From a virus, in IMG/VR virus record IMGVR_UViG_3300029319_000003, positions 96,001-160,000 of that record: a stretch of DNA of 64,000 nt; one strand, written 5' to 3'. The position numbers and the translations under genes were made by a program. Under the pieces are notes generated by a model. That model was not told the DNA's origin. It saw nothing but the letters and a program-made list of their open reading frames with translations, and ran no database searches. Positions within the stretch are counted from its first letter, which is position 1, and every line of letters begins with the position of its first letter. Shown piece after piece: positions 38,167 through 47,504 of the stretch.

Positions 38167-38929
38167 CAGCGCTAATACCTTTAATATGTCGGACGTTGCC
38201 TTTGTTCCAGTCCGACTTAAAGGAATGATACCGGGTTCGCAACTTATTCAGATTATTAACAACCTGTTTTGTGTTTAGTCCGGTCATCTCCCTTATGTAA
38301 AGATAAATAGCCTTTTTGTTGAAAATCTCTATGTCATCTGGGTTGTCTAAGAGGATTCTTATCGCCTTATACACCCTTTCTTCGTTTGGCTTCATTGGCA
38401 TTTCTGCCCACAAGTCCATCTCTGCGTTCAATGCAAGCCAAAACTCTTGCTCTTCTCTTTGCGGAATATATTTATTTTCTGTAGTTAGAAACTCTTCTTC
38501 CGCTGATGGGGAAATGTCTTCAAAATAAACTTCTCGCTGTCTTTTGATTGTGTGCTTCTTAACCTTATGAATGAACCAGTTTTTAGTAATAACACTAAAA
38601 TAAGAGAACGCCTTTGACCCCTTGCTCTGATCAAACTTGCTCAACACTGTTGTGAGCCACACCTTACACTCTTCCCGCAAATCATCAATGTTTGGCAAGG
38701 TTGTAAACTTGTATGTAAAAACAATCTTATCAACCATCTCACTGAAAGCCGGCTGAATCAAGTCTCTGTACAGTGTCTCTCTTTGCTCCATTGTGGTGGT
38801 CGGCTTGCAATATTCAACAATTGCATCTTCGTGGGCTTGTGTAAAATAGTGTCGTCCACTACCACCACGGTTAATTCTTCTACGCCGGCGGCGCTTGGGT
38901 TTTGGGGGGCTGCTCTCGCTCATTAACAT
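38153..38929 (-). CDS. Phage late-transcription sigma factor, T4 gp55-like
   Basis: Sigma region 2 pattern DDLREECKVWLTTVLSKFDQSKGSKAFSYFSVITKNWFIHKVKK; C-terminal HTH-like YLYIREMTGLNTKQVVNNL. Confidence 0.7.
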   Translation of the reverse strand: MLMSESSPPKPKRRRRRRINRGGSGRHYFTQAHEDAIVEYCKPTTTMEQRETLYRDLIQPAFSEMVDKIVFTYKFTTLPNIDDLREECKVWLTTVLSKFDQSKGSKAFSYFSVITKNWFIHKVKKHTIKRQREVYFEDISPSAEEEFLTTENKYIPQREEQEFWLALNAEMDLWAEMPMKPNEERVYKAIRILLDNPDDIEIFNKKAIYLYIREMTGLNTKQVVNNLNKLRTRYHSFKSDWNKGNVRHIKGISADEES

Positions 38930-39239
38930 CTTCTACCTTTATGATTTGTTCTTCTTCAGTTAGTAGAGAGAATGATTCAACAAAGTCTGAGCAATATTGA
39001 TTGACGCCCTTTGTATGAACCAACAAAGCATCAAGAGTCGAGTCACCATAAAAAGTCGGCAATTCATATACCTGTTCTAAGTGCTCGGAATAAGATGAAA
39101 CTTCGCGTACCAAATCTCGCACGCCCTGCTCGACATAAATAGTTCCCTGCCACATGCGCCGAGCCCACCACACTAACAACACATTAGCGCAGGTGGACAA
39201 CGCAAAGCCAACAAGAATTCCTACATCAAAGCCCATCAC
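38880..39239 (-). CDS. Hypothetical membrane-anchored protein (119 aa)
   Basis: N-terminal hydrophobic helix VGILVGFALSTCANVLLVWWA; coupled with neighbours. Confidence 0.55.
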   Translation of the reverse strand: MMGFDVGILVGFALSTCANVLLVWWARRMWQGTIYVEQGVRDLVREVSSYSEHLEQVYELPTFYGDSTLDALLVHTKGVNQYCSDFVESFSLLTEEEQIIKVEDVNEREQPPKTQAPPA

Positions 39240-39499
39240 TTAATCTCCTCATTTCGCGATCTCTCTATTTCTTGTTCGATTTCTTCTTTCGCCGTTTTAA
39301 TAAAATTCTTAATCCGACGACCCGCAGCGGCATCGCTATTACCGCTCAAAACTGTTACGCCAGTTGGCACCTTACGCACCGAACCAGCGCATTCACATTC
39401 CGCACAACACTGAGAACAAGTCTCGTACCTCTCCGTCATAGAGTGTGATACATCGAACACTCTTTCACACTCTTCGCACTGGTAGGTATAGCGCGGCAA
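39236..39499 (-). CDS. FmdB-family zinc-ribbon protein
   Basis: MPRYTYQCEECERVFDV..C..C; TTG start. Confidence 0.8.
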   Translation of the reverse strand: MPRYTYQCEECERVFDVSHSMTERYETCSQCCAECECAGSVRKVPTGVTVLSGNSDAAAGRRIKNFIKTAKEEIEQEIERSRNEEIK

Positions 39500-39501
39500 A
39501 A

Positions 39502-39717
39502 TTACGACTCAACCGAGTCGGTATTGCCAATTGGTGTACTAAACTGTGATGGCGGGTTTTCAACCACCAATTCGCCATTCTTTGTACCCCACTTTTTTGT
39601 GTCGTCGGACTTGACAAAATCAAACGACTTAAGCACGGGAACAATATCGGACTGCTCCATGATACTCTTCTGTAGGGCAACCATGATTGCCGAAAGAGCC
39701 TGATTAGATAACTTCAT
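39502..39717 (-). CDS. Hypothetical protein (71 aa)
   Basis: ATGA-coupled to the upstream GT2 gene; fills the gap exactly. Confidence 0.6.
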   Translation of the reverse strand: MKLSNQALSAIMVALQKSIMEQSDIVPVLKSFDFVKSDDTKKWGTKNGELVVENPPSQFSTPIGNTDSVES

Positions 39718-40562
39718 TGTTTTTCTCCTTGTTTGTATATTCTATCAGAGTTTTTCTCTAATTTTAAAAGAATTTTAATTGCATCGATAATCCAACTGCT
39801 TTTAAAACTGCTGTCAGACATAATAAACTCAATGGGCACATCAGACACCTTATATCGATAGATCTCGGATGACTGCCCAAACACTCGGCGTGAAAAGAAC
39901 TGACGGGACTTTTGACCGTAGAACGGAAACTTTTTAAATTGTCTCAGTTCGGATTCCACTGCGGATGTTCTTCGATCATAAATATAGTATTTGATTTCTG
40001 TCTGAAACATTCCACCATATGAAATGAAATTATCAAACTCAAGTTCCTCAAGCACTTCACGCCGATAAGCCTGATAGCCGCTGGTGGCGTCACTAAAGTC
40101 CATCTTCAACCAAAAATTTGCCATGATTGTGCCGATGCGGGAAACCAACTTTCGAAACAGGGAACCCTCATATAGAGAATCTTTTGAAAACCGAGTGGCA
40201 AACACGGCATCATCACCGGCATCAAGTCGATCTAAAAACTCTTTGAGGTGTTCAGGTTTGTGGGAAAATCCCGAATCCATCTCCACGATATAATCGTATC
40301 CCTGTTCTACACAATGCTTGTAGCCGTAAATATATGAACTAACAAGACCTGTAGAATTCTCATGAAACAACACGACCACATCATCTGCAAAGTCAGTTTC
40401 TAGTATTTCCTGTGTTCGGTCTTTGCTGTAAGAATCCATAATATAAAACACTTGGAATTTATACTGGTCCAGTCGGCTGCACTCCTGTAATAAACAGGAA
40501 GTAAACTCTTTAATAGTTCTTGCTTCGTTTGCAACGGGAATTAAGATTCCAACAGTCTTCAT
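39714..40562 (-). CDS. Glycosyltransferase family 2, DPM1/polyprenol-phosphate mannosyltransferase-like
   Basis: ILIPVANEA..MDSYSKDRT..EMDSGFSHKP..DATSGYQAYRR. Confidence 0.85.
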   Translation of the reverse strand: MKTVGILIPVANEARTIKEFTSCLLQECSRLDQYKFQVFYIMDSYSKDRTQEILETDFADDVVVLFHENSTGLVSSYIYGYKHCVEQGYDYIVEMDSGFSHKPEHLKEFLDRLDAGDDAVFATRFSKDSLYEGSLFRKLVSRIGTIMANFWLKMDFSDATSGYQAYRREVLEELEFDNFISYGGMFQTEIKYYIYDRRTSAVESELRQFKKFPFYGQKSRQFFSRRVFGQSSEIYRYKVSDVPIEFIMSDSSFKSSWIIDAIKILLKLEKNSDRIYKQGEKQ

Positions 40563-41764
40563 ACTTGTACCCCTACGCTCTTCATGAACTTGGAAAAGAT
40601 CTTTTCATTGTTGATCACTTCCTCTCTTGCATATTGGTAATTGGATACCGCTTGGGCTGCAAGTTCATCAGGGCTTCGCTTCCAAGCCTCATACGCCATT
40701 CGAAGTTTGTGTCTTAAGTCACGGTAATCCGTCTCAACCAAACTCATATCAAGAGTTGAGAACATTGGATTATCAATCATGCAAGGCTCCATAGAGGAGT
40801 CCACAAGATAAGGGTTCTTGTCATCAAAATAATCTCGGTGTCCACCGAGCGATGGTACAATTGCCGTTCTATTAGAGATGACAGCCTCACCGATAGTCAA
40901 GCCAAAACTATCACATCGCGTAGGCAAACAATACACTGACGACTTCTTGAATAACTCTGAAATGTAACTTTTCGCGACGAGCCCGCACACCACGTTAATA
41001 CGCACGCCGCTCTTGTTTCCATAGTGAGTAATTTTATTTTTGAGTTCAGAGATTTCCTTAATAACCTCTGCCTTCTCACTTCTCGGGTCGGCTCCAACAT
41101 GTTCGTTTCGGAATGTTTTAATTGTCAACTCAACATCGTCGTGGTGGAAAAATTCATGACACACAGCAGGAATTAAAATGTCCCATCCTTTTCTCGGGTT
41201 CCACTGAGACATGGAAAAGATTTCAAATTTATCCCTATTGAGGGTTTCAGCGTCGGTGCTCTCAATATCAAAAATAGGATGTGGAACAAGATGTACATTT
41301 TCTTCCGCGAACCCATGATTGAGAAAACACTGCCTTGTGAAATCGCAATACACAATTACATTCCCAACATACTTTTCATAATACTGGAGCCAGTTAGAAG
41401 GCAGTGTGTCTGGTTCCCACGCTAACGATGAGTAGATATTGTCTTTACCAACCCTGTCGATAATCGGATCCCAAAATTTTGCATTGGCAAACGCTGTTGG
41501 AACCAAGTGGCAAATGACTCTTGTGTTGGAGTCCAGATACGCCATGAAGTCATTAGCATCGCCCTGCAATCGGTACTTATTAATCAGTTCATTTTCTTCA
41601 TCAGTACATGAGTTTTGTTTTTCAAAGTTCTGAGGGATAACCTTAAAATCAACCTTGTCATCATGCTGCCCCAAAAACATATCAAGACACTTCAAGTAAT
41701 TGCGTGCAGCATTACCATAGCCAGAACTATCATTAAACTGACCGATGTATATAACCTTAGTCAT
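40559..41764 (-). CDS. Glycosyltransferase family 4 (GT-B)
   Basis: SGYGNAAR..SQWNPRKGWDIL..YCLPTRCDSFGLTIGEA. Confidence 0.85.
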   Translation of the reverse strand: MTKVIYIGQFNDSSGYGNAARNYLKCLDMFLGQHDDKVDFKVIPQNFEKQNSCTDEENELINKYRLQGDANDFMAYLDSNTRVICHLVPTAFANAKFWDPIIDRVGKDNIYSSLAWEPDTLPSNWLQYYEKYVGNVIVYCDFTRQCFLNHGFAEENVHLVPHPIFDIESTDAETLNRDKFEIFSMSQWNPRKGWDILIPAVCHEFFHHDDVELTIKTFRNEHVGADPRSEKAEVIKEISELKNKITHYGNKSGVRINVVCGLVAKSYISELFKKSSVYCLPTRCDSFGLTIGEAVISNRTAIVPSLGGHRDYFDDKNPYLVDSSMEPCMIDNPMFSTLDMSLVETDYRDLRHKLRMAYEAWKRSPDELAAQAVSNYQYAREEVINNEKIFSKFMKSVGVQV

Positions 41765-42758
41765 TGACGCGCCTCTTCTCGCTTTCCAGATCTGACTCGT
41801 ACATCATCACAGCCAAATCGCGAAAACTTACTTCTGGCTTCCATCCAAGTGCAGTTTGCGCTTTCGTTGGGTCACCCCAAAGTCTGGGCACTTCACATGG
41901 TCTATAAAAGCGGGGATCAATGCCAACATGCTCTGCGACATTCAATCCTGCATGTTCAAAAACAAATTCTAGAAACTGTTGGACCGAGTGTGTTGTGCCA
42001 GTCGCAATAACATAATCATCAGCCGACTCTTGTTGCAGCATCATCCACATCGCCTTAACGTAATCACCAGCAAACCCCCAGTCGCGCTGTGCCTCAAGAT
42101 TACCAAGAAGCAGTTGATCCTGAAGACCCAACTTGATGCGTGCTGCTGCCTTTGTAATTTTTCTAGTTACAAAGTTTTCACCGCGTCGTGGCGATTCGTG
42201 ATTAAAAAGAATTCCTGAACTTGCATGCATCTCGTATGACTTGCGGTACACAGAAACCATATTGTGCGCCATCATCTTAGAGACAGCATATGGAGAAACC
42301 GGCGAGAAGCGAGTACCCTCTGATTGAGGGCATACAATATTATCGCCAAACATTTCTGATGTGGAAGCCTGATAAAACCTAATATCAGGATTGATATTTC
42401 GAATTGCCTCAAGAATATTTAAGGTGCCAATCGCATTTATTTCCGTAGTGCTGATTGGCGACTTAAAAGACTCTCCCACATGTGATTGTGCTGCAAGATT
42501 ATAAACCTCAGTCGGAGAGTGTTGGTTGATGACTCTCCACAAAGAAGAACTGTCAGTTACATCGCCAGATTCAATAATGAAGTCTTGATTATGCAGCAAG
42601 TGCAGAATGTTTCTCTGCTTATCTTCATTTGAACCCACTGTCCTGCGCTGCAAGCCGATCACTTTATAGTCTTTAGACAATAAAAAATCAGCAAGGTAGG
42701 AGCCATCCTGTCCAGTGACTCCTGTAATCAAAGCCACCTTTTGACTGGATGAACTCAC
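41757..42758 (-). CDS. gmd: GDP-mannose 4,6-dehydratase
   Basis: ALITGVTGQDGSYLA, YNLAAQSHV, FYQASTSEMFG, SPYAVSK, LFNHESPRRGENFVTRKIT, LGNLEAQRDWGFAGDYV. Confidence 0.95.
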   Translation of the reverse strand: MSSSSQKVALITGVTGQDGSYLADFLLSKDYKVIGLQRRTVGSNEDKQRNILHLLHNQDFIIESGDVTDSSSLWRVINQHSPTEVYNLAAQSHVGESFKSPISTTEINAIGTLNILEAIRNINPDIRFYQASTSEMFGDNIVCPQSEGTRFSPVSPYAVSKMMAHNMVSVYRKSYEMHASSGILFNHESPRRGENFVTRKITKAAARIKLGLQDQLLLGNLEAQRDWGFAGDYVKAMWMMLQQESADDYVIATGTTHSVQQFLEFVFEHAGLNVAEHVGIDPRFYRPCEVPRLWGDPTKAQTALGWKPEVSFRDLAVMMYESDLESEKRRVND

Positions 42759-43994
42759 TTAAATCACCACTACGGGAGTATCTTCAATCGCTGTCTTATT
42801 CTCCTCGATGGCATCAACAACGTGCTGTACAAACTGCTCGTAAACCGTATCGGTTGAATACTTCTCAGTCAAATGAGCCTTCAATTTCAGCGCCATTGAT
42901 TCATACTTCTTGTAGTTCTTGAACACTTGCCGCATTTGCTGACGGGCACTGCTTTCAGAAGGATAACACCATTGAGAGCCTTGATTAATGACGCCCTCCC
43001 AAACATGCTCCGGCTGTACTTCTTTTATTTCATACTTGACAGCAGCAATCATAGTCTTGTTGCGGGTGGTATTCTTCTTCTTTGACCGACTCTTGACTGG
43101 CACTGTTGAGAACTCTGCAAACCCGCCCCACTCGGGAGCAACCAGCGGAATGCCAGCAGAAGCAGCCTCAAAGGCTGGTAGACCCCATCCTTCTCCATGA
43201 GACAAAGTAGTGTATGCTTTAATCTTGGGGTGGTCATACAAAGATAGAATTTCGTCATTCTGCATGTCGCCATGAAGCAAATAAATTTTACACAACCTTT
43301 CTTCGGGGGCTCCCTTCAAAAGAGATTTGAGGCGGCTTTCTGCATGCATACGATCCAATTTTGAATTGTTCTTAAGAGAAGTTCTGATTACCAACCCCAC
43401 TTCTTCGTTCTGAAATTCGTTAACAAATGCCACAATTGTGTTTTCAAGATTCTTTCGTGGAGCCCACTGGCTGTTCGTGATGAAGTTAAAATCATACTTC
43501 AAGTCCAACGGAACATCTACGTTGTTATATTCGCGAACTGGAAATCCAACGCTGACCACATCTGTTTCTGCAAGTTCCACACCGGCATTATAGAACGCAT
43601 CTCGCGAATGCTTTGACAAGGTGATGACCTTTTCAATTTGCGATGCTACTTGCGCCCACTCTGGTGGCACTGTTGTTGTTTCAACGCCTGCGGTATACCC
43701 AATATTAATTGGGGCAATTGGTTGCCACTCATTTGGAAGTTGCACCTGAAGGGATACATCGAACGAGTTGCCTTCTTGCATATAATTTATTGTCTTCATG
43801 AGGAGGGCGTCAATCGTGCGGCGCTGCTCATCATCCTCAACAATCCAGCCAGTTGCCCCCCAGCCAGTCGCAACCAGATAAATGTCAAACAAGTCTTCGC
43901 GAGACTGTAGGCTCTTCAGCGCAAGTCGCGCCATTTCACCGTACCCACTGCGGGATAATACTGGACCTCTAATAACGATCTTTGTTTTACTCAT
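42759..43994 (-). CDS. Glycosyltransferase family 4 (GT-B)
   Basis: RGPVLSRSGYGEMAR..SQWAPRKN..SHGEGWGLPAFEA; start set at MSKTK (43994), ATGA-coupled to the upstream stop. Confidence 0.85.
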   Translation of the reverse strand: MSKTKIVIRGPVLSRSGYGEMARLALKSLQSREDLFDIYLVATGWGATGWIVEDDEQRRTIDALLMKTINYMQEGNSFDVSLQVQLPNEWQPIAPINIGYTAGVETTTVPPEWAQVASQIEKVITLSKHSRDAFYNAGVELAETDVVSVGFPVREYNNVDVPLDLKYDFNFITNSQWAPRKNLENTIVAFVNEFQNEEVGLVIRTSLKNNSKLDRMHAESRLKSLLKGAPEERLCKIYLLHGDMQNDEILSLYDHPKIKAYTTLSHGEGWGLPAFEAASAGIPLVAPEWGGFAEFSTVPVKSRSKKKNTTRNKTMIAAVKYEIKEVQPEHVWEGVINQGSQWCYPSESSARQQMRQVFKNYKKYESMALKLKAHLTEKYSTDTVYEQFVQHVVDAIEENKTAIEDTPVVVI

Positions 43995-45286
43995 GCTACT
44001 TCCTTCAACTCCCATGATTGATAATTTTTTCTTGTATTCCAAGAGCCATGCTCTTCAATGACGCTTGAAAGGAACTCATCCCACCACTTAGTATAAAACT
44101 TTAAGTCATGATTTTTAAGCACAAATTGACGTGCAAGTTGACCCATTTCGTTTCGCTCTTCCACTGACATACGATACATGGTTTCCAGTGCATCTACAAC
44201 CTCATCAGTGTTGATACGATCCTCATAGATATAGGGAATTGCCTGCGAGCCCACAATACACTTCGAAGATGGCTGGATGCCAATACCGAACCAGTTCTCG
44301 CCATCGGTAACCTGTTGTTGAAGACCACCCGTCATGTTAACAATAATCGGTGTACCACAAGCAAGCGACTCAAGTGTGCCAAGACCAAAACCTTCAGCGT
44401 CAGCAATATTAACGGTTACATCTGCATAGTTGTAGAAGTATGATAACATCTTTGGGTGCAACTTCGCTGTCGAGATCCGAAACTCCGTGGTAGACAGTCC
44501 CAACTCTTGTGCAATGTGTGGCAAGTCCTGACCATGTGGATCGTGAGGATCGGTGTGCATGATTAGCGTTGCCTTTTCGCGTCCGAGTCGTTGAAGCAAT
44601 TCATTGAAAATATAAACTAACGTACCCGATTGCTTGCGGCGAGCGTTGCGATTATTCCAGAATATAACAAATCGCTCCTCATCATTCAGACCTGATTCTG
44701 CTTGAAACGCATCCTTCCACACATCATAAGATACTTCCACTTCTTCATCAGAATCTTGCTCTGATACTGGACAGAAAATCTGTGTGTCAATGCAGTGCGG
44801 AATATATTCACATCGCACATCTGGCGACACTGTGCGGACAATATCATCTGTAACCTTTGAAATTGTTGCAATCGCATCGCAAGAATCATACCAAATCTTG
44901 TTAAACTTTGGATATGGATAGTTGTCCCAAACATGGTAATACACCATTGGGCAAATTGCACGGATCTCGTTTTCAATAGACCACAACCAGTCATAAAATC
45001 GAGGGTCAGTCATAAACCAAATCATATCTGGGCGTTCCGTTCGAAGAGTTGAACGGATCATATCTGGCGTGCCATATCCCTCAATCGGAATGATTGTCCA
45101 GTCGTCGCCCCACTCTTCAGTGCGTATAGGCTGTGTGGACTTATGCTTGGCTGCTCCACCCAGTGAAACAAATTCATACTTTCCGGTTGCCAGCAAGGCT
45201 TCAATAATATACTTTGTTTGTGTTCCGACGCCCGATGGGGCTAGCGGGTGATCGCCCAAAGTTACGATCTTGATTTTGTCTGTCAT
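43991..45286 (-). CDS. Glycosyltransferase family 4 (GT-B)
   Basis: SGVGTQT..NRNARRKQ..NIADAEGFGLGTLESLACGTPII. Confidence 0.85.
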   Translation of the reverse strand: MTDKIKIVTLGDHPLAPSGVGTQTKYIIEALLATGKYEFVSLGGAAKHKSTQPIRTEEWGDDWTIIPIEGYGTPDMIRSTLRTERPDMIWFMTDPRFYDWLWSIENEIRAICPMVYYHVWDNYPYPKFNKIWYDSCDAIATISKVTDDIVRTVSPDVRCEYIPHCIDTQIFCPVSEQDSDEEVEVSYDVWKDAFQAESGLNDEERFVIFWNNRNARRKQSGTLVYIFNELLQRLGREKATLIMHTDPHDPHGQDLPHIAQELGLSTTEFRISTAKLHPKMLSYFYNYADVTVNIADAEGFGLGTLESLACGTPIIVNMTGGLQQQVTDGENWFGIGIQPSSKCIVGSQAIPYIYEDRINTDEVVDALETMYRMSVEERNEMGQLARQFVLKNHDLKFYTKWWDEFLSSVIEEHGSWNTRKNYQSWELKEVA

Positions 45287-45298
45287 TAGTATCTCCGT

Positions 45299-46075
45299 TT
45301 ATGGGCATTCATTTGTATGGTGAAAAGGGCACCGCTTACATGAAAGCCGATTTTTAATAAAATTTTGATTGTTGATATTCCACAATGCGGTGGATGCGAG
45401 TTTCAAAGCGTTATCAATTTTCCGCTTGCCGCAAGAAACCTCAAATATCTCAACGCGATTCTTCTTTGCTGTTCTCTTGAGCAGCGCAAAGTGAGTTTGA
45501 ATATCATCGAGGTCAATACCGTGTTTGGAAGAGAAAAAATGCTTATAATAAGCCAACTGATATGTGACCATCTTTTCTGCTTTGCGTCGAGCGTCCCAGC
45601 CCCATGAGCACGTTTTCCAGTCAATGACATGGTACTTGCCATCTGGAGTTTTAATCACCACATCGATGAAACCTTTAAAATTATATTCTGCATCCGTGAA
45701 AAAAGATATGGGCTCCATAATCTCTTCTTCGACAGAAACCAATTCAAAGTCTCCAAAGTGAGCCCGCAAAGCCGGAACGGCAAGAGGTGCCAATTCTTTT
45801 CCCTGAGAGCGCATCGCAGTCACCAACTTCATGTCCAACTCTTGTCGAACGTCCTCTGGCAAGCCTTGTAATTCTTTCAGGAACGCTAATTCAAACGTAT
45901 GAGAGGGATCCTGCTCATCGCCCTGAAGGACTGTCTCACACACGAAGTGCAAGGCGGTCCCAAAGGCGGTGAAAGCGTTACCCTTGAATGACTTAATCCC
46001 GTCCACATATTCAATCTTGTATGCGTGTGGGCAATCATTCCACTTCTTAAGTGCAGAAAATGAAATGTGCGGCAC
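45299..46075 (-). CDS. PD-(D/E)XK nuclease, Cas4/RecB/AddB-like with 4-Cys Fe-S staple
   Basis: ISFSAL..DCPHAY, GTALH, FKGFIDVV..VIDWKT, QLAYY, CKRCPF..ECP. Confidence 0.85.
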   Translation of the reverse strand: MPHISFSALKKWNDCPHAYKIEYVDGIKSFKGNAFTAFGTALHFVCETVLQGDEQDPSHTFELAFLKELQGLPEDVRQELDMKLVTAMRSQGKELAPLAVPALRAHFGDFELVSVEEEIMEPISFFTDAEYNFKGFIDVVIKTPDGKYHVIDWKTCSWGWDARRKAEKMVTYQLAYYKHFFSSKHGIDLDDIQTHFALLKRTAKKNRVEIFEVSCGKRKIDNALKLASTALWNINNQNFIKNRLSCKRCPFHHTNECP

Positions 46076-46462
46076 TTACTCCTCCGAGGTGGCAGTACTC
46101 TTCTTCGCTGTAGCCTTCTTACGTCGGCGTGAAGCAGCAGGCTTCTTCTTGGCTGGTGCAGCAGCCGCTACAACTTCAACTGACGGCGTGCTTGGATCTA
46201 CACCCAGTGCGGCTGCGAGGGCAACAGGAACCACTTCCGGTGCTTCAAAGCGAAAAACTCCCGACAGGCTAACGCCAGCCGTATGAAGATCGCTACTCAC
46301 CACTGGATTATTTGGCATGGGGTGTCCATGCTTTACGCCTTCTGCTCGCAAGACTTCACTTACGTTGTGGCTTCGGATCTCGGTAACGCGACCGGTGGAC
46401 GGTGACACAGAGACGTGAACCTCAACTGTTCCATTCTCATTTACTTTGATTTCTTTTTGCAT
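46076..46462 (-). CDS. Hypothetical protein with basic Ala/Lys/Arg-rich tail (128 aa)
   Basis: C-terminus APAKKKPAASRRRKKATAKKS; SD AAGGAG and an ACTAATTAA motif upstream. Confidence 0.6.
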   Translation of the reverse strand: MQKEIKVNENGTVEVHVSVSPSTGRVTEIRSHNVSEVLRAEGVKHGHPMPNNPVVSSDLHTAGVSLSGVFRFEAPEVVPVALAAALGVDPSTPSVEVVAAAAPAKKKPAASRRRKKATAKKSTATSEE

Positions 46463-46485
46463 TATTAATTTGCTCCTTTGCTCGC

Positions 46486-47175
46486 TTAATTAGTAAATTG
46501 CTCTAATTTTTCATATACTCTTGGGCTGATTTGCTGGACGTATTGTCTGTCGTCCATGTAGTAATGTTCGAAAGCATTAGCCCAATACTCTCTTAAAGAT
46601 GTTGCACCATACGGGGAAAGAAAAAGCCCCATAGCAAGAGAGTGCAGTTTATCATATCCAACTACGTCGTACAAAAAATTGTCCATCTCTTGAGTGTGCT
46701 CGGATTGAATAAAATCTAATAGACTTACATCATACCCTTCTGCTTTCAAAATGTTAAATAATCTCTTACGTTTTCCTAAAAATTCTCTTTCGACCTGACC
46801 GTCACCATAAATTTCATAACCATGAGTGTTTTCGGCAGCGTGTGCAAATTCATGAATTAAATCATCCATCATGTCTTCAGCATTGTCTTGCTGATTGGTG
46901 ACGTAAATAGCGCCATCCAAATAAGCCGCTTGGACTTGTCTAATATTGAGTTCTTCAAATTGTCCTACATACACGGTGTCAACATCTTTAACTAAATGAT
47001 TTGGTATTCTCATTTCCAAATGCCGAATGATATTGGTCAAATCGACTTCGGCGGGCAACGGGTCTTTAATAAACACATCAATAGTGCCAAACATTTGATA
47101 CTCTCGGCGCTCGTTTAAACTTTTAGTTGCAGAATTCTTAATGTACTCTTCAAGCCTTTGTCTCATCTGCCTCAC
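46486..47175 (-). CDS. HExxH zinc metallopeptidase-like protein (ATLF/Pro-Pro endopeptidase-like)
   Basis: DLIHEFAHAAE plus downstream REYWANAFEHYY. Confidence 0.65.
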   Translation of the reverse strand: MRQMRQRLEEYIKNSATKSLNERREYQMFGTIDVFIKDPLPAEVDLTNIIRHLEMRIPNHLVKDVDTVYVGQFEELNIRQVQAAYLDGAIYVTNQQDNAEDMMDDLIHEFAHAAENTHGYEIYGDGQVEREFLGKRKRLFNILKAEGYDVSLLDFIQSEHTQEMDNFLYDVVGYDKLHSLAMGLFLSPYGATSLREYWANAFEHYYMDDRQYVQQISPRVYEKLEQFTN

Positions 47176-47452
47176 TGCCTAAAGTGGGATCGGAATTGTT
47201 ACCGCTAGCAGATGACCATTTAAAACCGGAATTAACATCCTCAATACCCTGCTGGTATCCACGGATCCAGTTTTCCTCTGCAACTGCCAGAACAAATTCA
47301 GGAAACTCCTTTGCTAATGTTTCAACAATCATTTCTACGGTGACGTTTCCGTCGTTTGGGGAATGAGAATCCCCCACATAATTAACCAGCCACTCCTTAA
47401 TGGGAGAGGTGGGTTCTACTTCTTCTTTTAGTGTTGGATTTGAGTTTTCCAT
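47150..47452 (-). CDS. Hypothetical protein (100 aa)
   Basis: First gene after a sigma70-type promoter; SD CAGGAG. Confidence 0.65.
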   Translation of the reverse strand: MENSNPTLKEEVEPTSPIKEWLVNYVGDSHSPNDGNVTVEMIVETLAKEFPEFVLAVAEENWIRGYQQGIEDVNSGFKWSSASGNNSDPTLGSEADETKA

Positions 47453-47468
47453 TTTTATCTCCTGTATT

Positions 47469-47497
47469 AATATAACATCCTACGACAACCTTGTCAA
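47469..47497 (-). promoter_or_regulatory. Sigma70-type early promoter
   Basis: TTGACA-17 nt-TATATT with TG extended -10 and an A/T-rich upstream tract. Confidence 0.8.
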
Positions 47498-47504
47498 GTA
47501 TTTT

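Noticed and set aside
45299-46075. Cas4 as part of a CRISPR-Cas locus
   Set aside because: No repeat-spacer array or other cas genes were seen; stand-alone Cas4/RecB-like nucleases are common in large phages
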